The notes beneath the pieces are model-generated. The model was not told where the DNA came from and made no database searches. It was given only the letters and a program-made list of their open reading frames with translations. 64,000 nucleotides of DNA from a virus (Duplodnaviria > Caudoviricetes): positions 1-64,000 of the IMG/VR virus record IMGVR_UViG_2920551333_000002, one strand, 5' to 3'. The position numbers and the translations under genes are program-made. Positions 17,976 through 26,172 of the stretch are shown here, in pieces (positions within the stretch are counted from its first letter, which is position 1; each line of letters starts with the position of its first letter).

Positions 17976-19047
17976 GACCCAACCTCCGACGAAACTCCTC
18001 CTCCTGCGCCAGCCGCTTGGCTTCCAGCGCCGCGCGCGCAGCGAGGTAGGCCGTGCTCGGGCCGGACGCCGGGGCCTGCTCGACCATGGGCGGCGGGGCG
18101 AGCGCTTCCGCCCTGCTGAGCCGCTGTGGCAGCCCGATCGCCCCGCCAGCGCGACGAGCTCTCATGTCCTCGAACCGCTCCTGCAGCGCTGCCTGCTCGG
18201 CGCGGAGTTGGGCGGCCGCGGCCGCGAGCCGCTGCGACTTGCCGGGCAGGGGCCGGCCGCGCTCGTCGAGCCATGCCGACAGCCGGAACCGCACCCAGGC
18301 GGGGACGTTGCGGATCTGGTCGCGGCTGGTCCAGGTGTAGGTCCAGGCGGTCCCGTCCGGCTTGTGGTCCAGGGCGTGCAGCACGTCGGCGGACGTCCAG
18401 CCTGCAGCGATGAAGACCCTGGTCAAGTGCCGGATGTACCACGGGGACAGCCGTCGCAGCGTGGTGCTGGTGTCGTGGATCTTCTCGGCGACCTGCAAGG
18501 CCTGTCGTCGCTCGTGCTTGCGGGTCCCCGGCGTGGCGGTGACCTCGTTCGTCGTTGAGATTCGGTTCCAGCGGCGCGAAGTTGATCTTTCCTCGCGCGC
18601 GTGCGTAGGACCTTCCTGTACTCCCCTACGGGAAGTACAGGAGGGGGGTTCAGTTGTCGTTTTGTCGGTGTGCGCGTCGTGTTCGTCCAGCTCGGGGGCC
18701 GGGACGCACAGCACCCAGACAGCCGCCCGGTTCCCCATGCCGTCGTCGGTGAGCCCGCAGCGGTTGCCCCTGCGGTAGCGGTTGGTCGTGCCCTCCTCGA
18801 CGACGCCGAGGAAGCCACGTTCGCGCAGCCACCGGATCCACCGCTTCACGGTGGACAGCGCTAAGTCGAGGTCGTCAGCGATGCGCTGCTCGGTGGGCCG
18901 GGTGGTCAGCGTGGTCCAGTCGGCCGCGTGCGCGAGCCGGGCCGCCACCTCGGTGAGGTTCCGGTAGGCGTGGCACTTCAGCGCGAGCGCGTCGGGGTGC
19001 TCCTTGACGGTGCGGAGGAAGTGGCGCTGCGAAGGTGCGCGGCGCAT
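17968..19047 (-). CDS. Plasmid-type replication initiator (HTH Rep); start uncertain
   Basis: ADWTTLTTRPTEQRIADDLDLALSTVKRWIRWLRERGFLGVVEEG HTH, NRAAVWVL, GWTSADVLHALD, WVRFRLSAW resemble actinobacterial plasmid RepA. Confidence 0.7.
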   Translation of the reverse strand: MRRAPSQRHFLRTVKEHPDALALKCHAYRNLTEVAARLAHAADWTTLTTRPTEQRIADDLDLALSTVKRWIRWLRERGFLGVVEEGTTNRYRRGNRCGLTDDGMGNRAAVWVLCVPAPELDEHDAHTDKTTTEPPSCTSRRGVQEGPTHAREERSTSRRWNRISTTNEVTATPGTRKHERRQALQVAEKIHDTSTTLRRLSPWYIRHLTRVFIAAGWTSADVLHALDHKPDGTAWTYTWTSRDQIRNVPAWVRFRLSAWLDERGRPLPGKSQRLAAAAAQLRAEQAALQERFEDMRARRAGGAIGLPQRLSRAEALAPPPMVEQAPASGPSTAYLAARAALEAKRLAQEEEFRRRLGRE

Positions 19048-19259
19048 GCCCTGAGGGACGGCAGAAAGGATCGCCGTTCGCGATGGGATGAGCGAGGGGT
19101 CGGTGGCGTTCGGGTGCGGCGGCCGCGGGAGGTGCGGGCGCGCCGGAGCGAACGCTTGGCGAGGTGATATCTTCAGCTCCAAGGATCTAGGGGCACCAAC
19201 CTGATCGGCCGGGCGACCAACCTGTGGGCCGGTCAGGGGTGCGGTGTCACTGGTGATGT

Positions 19260-19298
19260 GAAGGCGCTCTCCGCTTCGGCGGGGGGCGCCTTTTCGTT
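19260..19298 (+). terminator. Intrinsic terminator antisense to the rep leader
   Basis: GAAGGCGCTCTCCGC-TTCG-GCGGGGGGCGCCTT followed by TTCGTT; C(UUCG)G loop on + strand. Confidence 0.65.
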
Positions 19299-19580
19299 GT
19301 CCGGGCGGCTCCTGAGGGGTGGCGGGCCGGGCGGGGGCTCTCGCCGTGTTCCGGTGGTCTCGTGTGATACAAACAATACAACTCGACGCGTCCGACGCGT
19401 CAGACACACCATAGCGCGCTATGCGCGTCCACACGAGACGCGCGAGCAAAGATCATCAGCGCGGAAGGTGACCTTCAGAGCACGGCGGTTGGCGCGAGCG
19501 TGCGCGCTCGTCACCAGGCGAAACGCCGGGCCGGGGCCGCCCTCTGCGCGCCGGCCACAACCCCTCAGAGGAGAAGCACG

Positions 19581-20873
19581 ATGGCTCGCGTCAAGGACCT
19601 GTGGTTCAAGACGGTGACGGACCGGGACGGCGTATCGAAGCGCGAACCGACCGCGCGGCACGGGAAGGGAAAGCGCTGGTTAGCGATCTGGACGAACCTC
19701 GAAGGCCGAGAGCAGTCGAAGGCGTTCGCCAAGAAGGCCGACGCCGAGAAGCACGGCTCGCTGATGGAAGCCGACAAGGCGCGGGGCAACTACATCGACC
19801 CCAACGGCGGCAAGACGCGCCTGATCCTCCTCGTCGAGGGCGTCGCAGACGACGACAGCAAGCAGGGTTGGCTCGCGTCACTCACTGCGGACCCGTCCAC
19901 CCGGGAGATCTACGAGATCTACTGGCGAGTGCACGTCAAGCCCAAGTTCGGGCAGCGGGAGATCGGCTCAATCCGGCCGAGCGAGATCCGGACCTGGGTC
20001 AAGCAGCTTGAGAAGAAGTTGGCGAACAGCACGGCCAACCGCGTGCTCGCGTTCCTCGAACAGCTCCTGCAGAGCGCCGTGGACGATGACCTGATCGCCA
20101 AGAATCCGTGCGCGTCCAAGGTCGTCAAGAAGCCCAAGGCCGAGCCTCGGAAGGTGGTGCCGTGGTCGGTAGCACGTCTTCAGGCGGTGACGCAGGCGCT
20201 ACCGCCCAGGTACCGGGTCCTGGCGATCCTGGGGTCCGGGCTGGGGCTCCGCCAGGGCGAGATCTTCGGCCTCTCCGTCGACGACGTGGACATGGACAAG
20301 GGCGTCGTCCACGTGCGGCAGCAGGTGAAGCTCGTGGACAAGAAGCAGTTGTTCGGCCTGGTCAAGCACGATCACGAGCGGACCGTCCCTCTGCCCGCGT
20401 CCGTCGCCGAGGCCGTGTCGGAGTACCTGGAGCAGTTCCCGGCCCGGGAGGTCACCTTGCCGTGGGAGGAGACGGACGGCGACCTGCTCACCCTGCGGTT
20501 GATCGTCACCAGCCGGGAGTCCAAGGCGCTGAACCGCAATTACATCAACACCTACGTCTGGAAGCCTGCGCTGGTGGCCGCGGGTGTGATCACGCAGGCC
20601 GATCTCGCTGTGAGGATCCCCGGCCGGCGCAATCAGAAGAACCGCAAGCACGGCATGCACATGCTGCGGCATCTCTACGCCAGCGTGCTGCTCGACGCTG
20701 GCGTGTCACCGAAGGCGCTGGCCGAATACCTCGGGCATCAGGATCCGGGCTACACGCTGCGGACCTACACGCATCTGATTCCGGGGACTGAAGGCCGGGC
20801 CGGGGCGGCGATCGACACGGCGTTCCGCCGTGAGGAGTTGGCATCCGGAACAGATCCGGAACAGCACTCTTGA
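19581..20873 (+). CDS. int: Tyrosine integrase
   Basis: GLRQGE (R), HMLRH (H-x-x-R), LGH and YTH catalytic residues; GAGGAG RBS. Confidence 0.95.
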   Translation: MARVKDLWFKTVTDRDGVSKREPTARHGKGKRWLAIWTNLEGREQSKAFAKKADAEKHGSLMEADKARGNYIDPNGGKTRLILLVEGVADDDSKQGWLASLTADPSTREIYEIYWRVHVKPKFGQREIGSIRPSEIRTWVKQLEKKLANSTANRVLAFLEQLLQSAVDDDLIAKNPCASKVVKKPKAEPRKVVPWSVARLQAVTQALPPRYRVLAILGSGLGLRQGEIFGLSVDDVDMDKGVVHVRQQVKLVDKKQLFGLVKHDHERTVPLPASVAEAVSEYLEQFPAREVTLPWEETDGDLLTLRLIVTSRESKALNRNYINTYVWKPALVAAGVITQADLAVRIPGRRNQKNRKHGMHMLRHLYASVLLDAGVSPKALAEYLGHQDPGYTLRTYTHLIPGTEGRAGAAIDTAFRREELASGTDPEQHS

Positions 20874-21050
20874 TGATCAAGGGATCGGCAGGTCACTGCG
20901 CCTGCTAGATCACACCTACGACGTGTGACGGCGGGGTTTTCCGGCCTCGGCGATCATGGCTGACATGGCTGCTGAGCTGGAAAAACGTTCTCGTCCTTGC
21001 TCGTTGTTTCCCGTCCCTTCTCGTTCTCTGACGGAACAGGATCGGAACAG
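20846..21050. other. Putative intact attP
   Basis: Paired arm-type repeats CGGAACAG at 20846/20857 and 21032/21043 (11-bp period) between convergent int and xis. Confidence 0.65.
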
Positions 21051-21053
21051 AAC

Positions 21054-21082
21054 GGCCCGGCATCGAATCTCGATGCCGGGCC
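21054..21082. terminator. Hairpin terminator between int and xis
   Basis: GGCCCGGCATCGA-ATC-TCGATGCCGGGCC perfect 13-bp stem. Confidence 0.75.
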
Positions 21083-21102
21083 ATTTCTGCACGTGAGGGG
21101 GT

Positions 21103-21291
21103 TCAGGCAGCCCCCTGCTGCACATAGTGGGCGTCCTCCCATGCTCGCACGTCGGCCTCCCGGTACCGCGCGTGCTTGCCGACCCGGATGTACTTCGGAC
21201 CCGTGCCGTCCGAGTTCATCTTGTAGATCGTCTTCTTCGGCACGCGGAATCGCGCCGCCAGATCGTCCGGAGTCAGGTGCACCTCTGCCAT
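21103..21291 (-). CDS. xis: Excisionase (AlpA/HTH_17-like)
   Basis: LTPDDLAARFRVPKKTIYKM...GPKYIRVGKHARYREADVRAW. Confidence 0.85.
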   Translation of the reverse strand: MAEVHLTPDDLAARFRVPKKTIYKMNSDGTGPKYIRVGKHARYREADVRAWEDAHYVQQGAA

Positions 21292-21385
21292 CGGCCCGCA
21301 CTTCCCGTTGTTGCTCGCCACCACACCATTCCTACTCATTATGACGCACTTGACGCATCTGGATCAATCTGACGCGTCAGTCGTG

Positions 21386-21694
21386 TCACCACTGCTGACC
21401 GGCCCGCCGAGCTCTGCCGACCATCAGCACCGCGGCGGCCGACAGCACCAGCGCGCTGCCCCCGGTCACGCCCCACGTAGAGACCGCCAGTCCCCACAGC
21501 GCGACCGCAGTCAGCGAGATGCCGGCCGCCCCGGCCCCGTGCCGCTCCAGCTCCTCGAGGACAGCGCCGACCACGATGATGATCAGCGGCACCACGACCG
21601 CAAGCTCCAGGGTGCCGACCTGCGCCAGCGGCGCAGCCGCCCAGACGACCGCCAGCCACGCCGCCACCAACGAGACCCGGACCGCTCCCCTCAT
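21386..21694 (-). CDS. Small multi-pass membrane protein
   Basis: About 4 hydrophobic segments; ATGA-coupled to traB. Confidence 0.6.
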   Translation of the reverse strand: MRGAVRVSLVAAWLAVVWAAAPLAQVGTLELAVVVPLIIIVVGAVLEELERHGAGAAGISLTAVALWGLAVSTWGVTGGSALVLSAAAVLMVGRARRAGQQW

Positions 21695-23592
21695 TTCGCC
21701 TCCAGACGCTCCATGATCTCCTCAGGAAGGGCGTACGCCTCGCCCCCGTCCTTGCCGACCAACCACACCCGCCCGTCCTGCACGAGCCGCTTGAGCTGCG
21801 CGTGGATCTCGCTCGGTGGAGCCGTCACCCGCCGCTTGAGCACGTGGTGCAGCAGCTCCCCCAGCTCCAGGGCGAGACCATCCGCTTCGGCGAGGACGTC
21901 GACGATCGCGGCCTTCACGTCACCCGGTGTCGACCGCGGCTCCTCCGCTACCGCCCGCTTGCCCGTGCGCGGCTCGCGCCCGTCCTTCTTGGCGCTGGTG
22001 TACTCCTCGATCCAGCCCATCGTCAGGTCGTCGATCCGGCCGGCCGCGGGCTGGCGAGAGATCAGCTTCGGCTTCTCGGTGTACAGCCACCGCATCAGCG
22101 CCGCCCGCCGGTCGATCCCGGACAGGTAGGCGAGGCCCTGCGTGAGCGTCCCGTTCTTGAACGTCGCCGGGAGCAGCGACGGGTCCTGCGGGAGGCCCAT
22201 CTGGTAGGCGGCGCCGGGCGTCTGCGTCCGCAGCGCGCACGCGTTCTTGCGGAGCTGAGCCCGCAAGGTCACGCTCCCGCCCAGCTCGGTCATGTTCGGG
22301 TCCTGAGCGACCAGAACGATCCCGCCGCCGCCCTTGCGCCAGGTCTTCGCGCCGGACGCCAGCGTGGCCACGGCCTTCTTGCCGTGCACGTCGTGCGTCA
22401 GCAGCTCGGGTGCCTCCTCCAGGATGAAGAAGATGCCCGTCATGCCGCCGACGTCGGGGTCACCGGGCACGAGGTGCGTCTTGCCGATCCGCTCGTCGCC
22501 GTCCTCGTCCACCCACGGCAGGGACGCGAGGTGGCGAACGCGGCGGCGCATCACCCAGTGCCACAGGCCCAGCTCGTCCGCGCCGTCGTCCTCGCCGAGC
22601 GCGCAGCGGTGGGTGCGCCCGTTCCAGTCCGGCATGGAGCCGCCCTGCGGGTCGATCAGCACCGTGGCGAGCTTGTCGGACAGGTGCGCCAGGCCAAGCA
22701 GCGTCTCCACGCTGCGCGATTTGCCCGCTTCGGAGTCGCCGACGATGATGCCGTGCCGCATGCCGCCGGACTTCGTGAAGAACGCCCAGTGGGCCGGGGA
22801 GAGGTCGTAGAAGTAGCCGATGTGCGCGCGGCCGTCCTTGCCGATGCGGGGCTGCACGTCCTCGAACCGGCGGACCTGCGCCAGCGTGTCATCCTTCAGC
22901 AGGGTGAACAGGGCGCGGGAGTTGTCCCCTGAGGGCGACGGCTCCAGTACGGCAAGCTGCGTCGAGGTCTGAAAGGCCGAAGCGACCTTCCCCGCGGCCG
23001 CCATGATGTCCTTGGTCTCCTTGTCGCCCGGCACCGCGTGGATCTCCGCGCGGTACCCGGCGTCGATCCGCTTCGGCGTCGTCAGCGTCATGCCGTCCAG
23101 CGCCTTGCCCTTGGCGGCCAGGCGCTCGTTGAACCGGGCGATGATCCGCGCCACCTCCGGGTCGATCGCGACCTGCTCGACGGTGACCTGCGGCTCGTCC
23201 TCGAACGCCGTGCGACCGGGCAGGGGCAGGCGGCGGTGGCGCCGCCAGTGCAGCAGTGCGAACGTCAGCCAGCCGGCCACCCCGACCTGAACCACCAGCT
23301 TCGTGGGGCCGATGGGCGCGGCGGCGATGAGCCAGGCCGCGCCGAACACCGCGGCGGCGACGGTCTCGCGGGCCTGGACTGCCTTGCGGACCGGGACCAC
23401 GGCCGTGGCCGCCGCGATGAGGACGGCCACGGCCGGGTGCACCGGCAGCAGGTGAAGCACTGCTAAAAGCGGAAGCGCAATCAGCCACGCGAACGGAGCG
23501 GCCATCGTCATGCGGTACCGCTGGCGGAACGCGACCCGCCGCACCGTGCGGGTGACCTCGTCGGTCGCCTTCTGCTTGCTGGCCTTGGACAA
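21691..23592 (-). CDS. TraB-like FtsK/SpoIIIE DNA translocase
   Basis: N-terminal TM helices; Walker A GDSEAGKS; Walker B FFILEE; LVAQ; C-terminal winged-helix-like segment; TTG start after GAAGGAG. Confidence 0.85.
   Translation of the reverse strand: MSKASKQKATDEVTRTVRRVAFRQRYRMTMAAPFAWLIALPLLAVLHLLPVHPAVAVLIAAATAVVPVRKAVQARETVAAAVFGAAWLIAAAPIGPTKLVVQVGVAGWLTFALLHWRRHRRLPLPGRTAFEDEPQVTVEQVAIDPEVARIIARFNERLAAKGKALDGMTLTTPKRIDAGYRAEIHAVPGDKETKDIMAAAGKVASAFQTSTQLAVLEPSPSGDNSRALFTLLKDDTLAQVRRFEDVQPRIGKDGRAHIGYFYDLSPAHWAFFTKSGGMRHGIIVGDSEAGKSRSVETLLGLAHLSDKLATVLIDPQGGSMPDWNGRTHRCALGEDDGADELGLWHWVMRRRVRHLASLPWVDEDGDERIGKTHLVPGDPDVGGMTGIFFILEEAPELLTHDVHGKKAVATLASGAKTWRKGGGGIVLVAQDPNMTELGGSVTLRAQLRKNACALRTQTPGAAYQMGLPQDPSLLPATFKNGTLTQGLAYLSGIDRRAALMRWLYTEKPKLISRQPAAGRIDDLTMGWIEEYTSAKKDGREPRTGKRAVAEEPRSTPGDVKAAIVDVLAEADGLALELGELLHHVLKRRVTAPPSEIHAQLKRLVQDGRVWLVGKDGGEAYALPEEIMERLEAK
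23462..23485. promoter_or_regulatory. 24-bp pseudo-palindrome site inside traB
   Basis: GCTAAAAGCGGAAGCGCAATCAGC. Confidence 0.75.
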
Positions 23593-23632
23593 CGGAAGCT
23601 CCTTCGCGTGATGTTGGGACGTACGGCCGGGC

Positions 23633-24493
23633 TCAGCCGCCCGCGTACGCATCCTTGTCGGCGGTGTTGTCCACGCCGCCGACCGCCGCGTGAGCCTCGG
23701 CCACGGTGCCCTGCTCGGCGGCGAGGTCGGCGATCCGCGCGTGCTGCGCGGCGAGCTGGTTCGCGGTCTCCTGCGCAGCCATCAGCTCCGTGATGAGCGC
23801 GCCACGGCCCATGTTCCTCTGCAGCAGGCCAGCCACCTGGCCGTCGATGGCTGCGGCGATCTGGGCCATGTCGGTGTTGGCGGTGTCGTGGTCGTGCTTG
23901 AGCTGGGCGAAGCTGACGAATTCGGCGTTCACGGTGGCTCCTTGGGTGGTGTCGTAGCTGGTCAGGTCGATGACGGGCTTGTTGGCGGGGTTCTGATCGG
24001 TAGCGGGCGGCAGCTCGGGTGTCTCCTCGGGCGTTTCCGCCTCAGGCGGCTGGGCTTCGGCTTCCTGCTCGCGTTCCTCGACCACCTCGGCTTCCTCGAT
24101 CTCGCGGGTGGCCTGGTAATCGCGATATGCCTGGCGGGCACCCTCGGCCGTCTGGCGGCCGATGCGGACGGCACCGCCGAGGACCTTGAGCAGCCCGTAC
24201 GTTCCACCCGCGACCACCGCGGCGGTGCCGCCGGTCACCGCGAACGCCCCGGACACCCACCAGCGGAGGTTCCGGGGCCCGGGCGGGTCACCGGACGCGG
24301 TCGGGCGGGTGAGGTACTTCTGCGTCTGGTGGTAGCGGGCCTGAGCAGCCGCGAACCCCTTGCGGAATTCGACGTCGGCCTGCGCCGCGCCGGCCCGGAG
24401 CCCGCCCAGGGTGGCGGCGCGGGCGTCGGGATGCTTCGCCAGCGCCGCAGTGATGAGCGCGGACAGGGCGAGGATCAGGAGGAAGGGGATCAC
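23633..24493 (-). CDS. Transfer-region protein with N-terminal TM segments and helical C-terminus
   Basis: GTGA-coupled; directly upstream of traB. Confidence 0.6.
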   Translation of the reverse strand: MIPFLLILALSALITAALAKHPDARAATLGGLRAGAAQADVEFRKGFAAAQARYHQTQKYLTRPTASGDPPGPRNLRWWVSGAFAVTGGTAAVVAGGTYGLLKVLGGAVRIGRQTAEGARQAYRDYQATREIEEAEVVEEREQEAEAQPPEAETPEETPELPPATDQNPANKPVIDLTSYDTTQGATVNAEFVSFAQLKHDHDTANTDMAQIAAAIDGQVAGLLQRNMGRGALITELMAAQETANQLAAQHARIADLAAEQGTVAEAHAAVGGVDNTADKDAYAGG

Positions 24494-24903
24494 TTGCGGC
24501 CTCCGTTGACGTCGGCGGTCATGGTGTCCTGCCAGATCTTCTTGACGTCGCGGCCGACGTCCGCGGTGTTGATGCCGAAGATGGAGATGGCACCGACGAC
24601 CAGCAGCGTGGGGATGAACGGCGCGACGATCGCGGTCGGTCGGCCGACTTTGTTCTTCTTGCCCCACACGTCCGAAGCCCAGGTAGCCAGGCAGACGCCC
24701 AGCAGGATCGACGGGACGACGGGGTGCAGGCGGCCGGTCACAGTCCGGACGATGGCCTCGAAGAACGTGCCGATCAGGCCGACACCGCCCACGAGCATCA
24801 GCCAGGCCGTGAACGTCGGCCAGGCCTTCTTCCAGATGCACACGATGCCGAAGCTCAGCAGCACGGCGGTCGCGGAGCCGAGCCCGACGAGCAGGCTGTT
24901 CAT
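24490..24903 (-). CDS. Spd-like membrane protein
   Basis: About 4 TM segments; in tra operon. Confidence 0.65.
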   Translation of the reverse strand: MNSLLVGLGSATAVLLSFGIVCIWKKAWPTFTAWLMLVGGVGLIGTFFEAIVRTVTGRLHPVVPSILLGVCLATWASDVWGKKNKVGRPTAIVAPFIPTLLVVGAISIFGINTADVGRDVKKIWQDTMTADVNGGRK

Positions 24904-24915
24904 GGAGGGGTCCTT

Positions 24916-25356
24916 TCAGGCGAAGAAGTGAAGGATCAGGTAGGCGACGATCGCTGCCGTGGTCAGCTCGGGGAGGAAGACCGTCATGGCGGGGATATAG
25001 AACGCCGTGTAGAGCAGCGCGCGGGCGAGCAGCAGCACCCGCCAGGCCCACACCAGCGCGCCGACGTCGGCAGGTAGCCAGGACGGGGACCACCGCTCCC
25101 GGACGAACGTGACCGGGCTGGCCAGGTAGGAGGGCCGCTCTCGGGCGATCCAGTCCGACAGCGGACCTTGGACGAACTCGACGAGCCGGTCCAGCCGCGA
25201 CACGTCGGGCGTCGCGGGGAGTTGAGGCTGGTCCTCCCGCAGGGGCACGACTGTGGCGACCTGCTCAGCGGTGTCGCTGGCGGCCTTGGTCTCGTCCGGA
25301 CTTGGCTGCTCCTTCGGCTGTTCGGGCTGGGCGTAGGGCGAGCGGATGCTGCGCAT
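24916..25356 (-). CDS. Spd-like membrane protein
   Basis: GAGGAGG RBS; two C-terminal TM segments. Confidence 0.6.
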   Translation of the reverse strand: MRSIRSPYAQPEQPKEQPSPDETKAASDTAEQVATVVPLREDQPQLPATPDVSRLDRLVEFVQGPLSDWIARERPSYLASPVTFVRERWSPSWLPADVGALVWAWRVLLLARALLYTAFYIPAMTVFLPELTTAAIVAYLILHFFA

Positions 25357-25358
25357 GG

Positions 25359-25547
25359 TCACCTCCTCTGGCGGTTGACGTCGTCGCCGCTGCGCCGCAG
25401 TTCGGCGGCGTAGAACGCGTAGAGCCGATCGCCCTCGGCCTCGTCGGCGTTGTGCTTGTCGGCGAGTTCGGCCGTGAGGTAGCGGATGGCCTCGTGGAAC
25501 GCGGCTTTCGGGCTCTCCGCGCCCTTGATACGGGCGTGGAAGCGCAT
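25359..25547 (-). CDS. Small hypothetical protein
   Basis: MRFHARIKGAESPKAAFHEAIRYL...; in operon. Confidence 0.5.
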   Translation of the reverse strand: MRFHARIKGAESPKAAFHEAIRYLTAELADKHNADEAEGDRLYAFYAAELRRSGDDVNRQRR

Positions 25548-25734
25548 CTTGCGCCCCTCGCGGCGGGTCGGCCTGGTCGGCACGTGACTCCTCCCGAACG
25601 TCACGGACGGTTACATCTGGCGGGAGCGTGCTACGCTCTCGCGCACGTGCGCGCACGTACACCTGCGCGCGTTGGCCCCCTCGGCGGCGATTGTCTGCGG
25701 CGCTGATCAGCGTTCGACACCGCCTCGCGGGCGA

Positions 25735-26172
25735 TCACGGCCGGTCACGGGCCAGCAGGTTGGCGATCACGGCGTCCCAGTCGATCAAGGCCATCTCCCC
25801 GCCCGTCGGCACCAGTTCGTCGAGCCTGTCCAGGTGCCCGGTCATCAGGGCGGCCGGGGTCCGGACCACGCCGAGCAGCAAGTCTCCTTGCGTGATGCCG
25901 AGCAGCGTGTGCTTGCCGTCCGATGACGGCTGGACCCGCAGGCCCGTGCGGTCCGGCTTCGACAGGCACTCGGCCAGCGCGGCCATGCCGTCCGCGAGGA
26001 CGTGCCGGGGCGCGACCACTGGGGCCGACCAGTCCTCGATCTCCAGGTGGACGAAGTACGGGTCGGCCGCACGGTAGGTCATCCACCCGTTGTGGAACTC
26101 GTCGGTCGCCTCGTCCCACAGGGGGAGGTAGCAGGCGATCTCGGCCGTCTTGTCCGTCTCGTTTTCCGTCAT
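25735..26172 (-). CDS. SsgA-like (SALP) sporulation/cell-division protein
   Basis: TYRAADPYFVHL...RHVLADG...LRVQP...LDELVPTGGE...IDWDAVIANLL. Confidence 0.8.
   Translation of the reverse strand: MTENETDKTAEIACYLPLWDEATDEFHNGWMTYRAADPYFVHLEIEDWSAPVVAPRHVLADGMAALAECLSKPDRTGLRVQPSSDGKHTLLGITQGDLLLGVVRTPAALMTGHLDRLDELVPTGGEMALIDWDAVIANLLARDRP

Noticed and set aside
20874-21102. tRNA gene or tRNA fragment at the att site
   Set aside because: No T-loop GTTCRA or cloverleaf visible; no tRNA or rRNA seen anywhere in the window.
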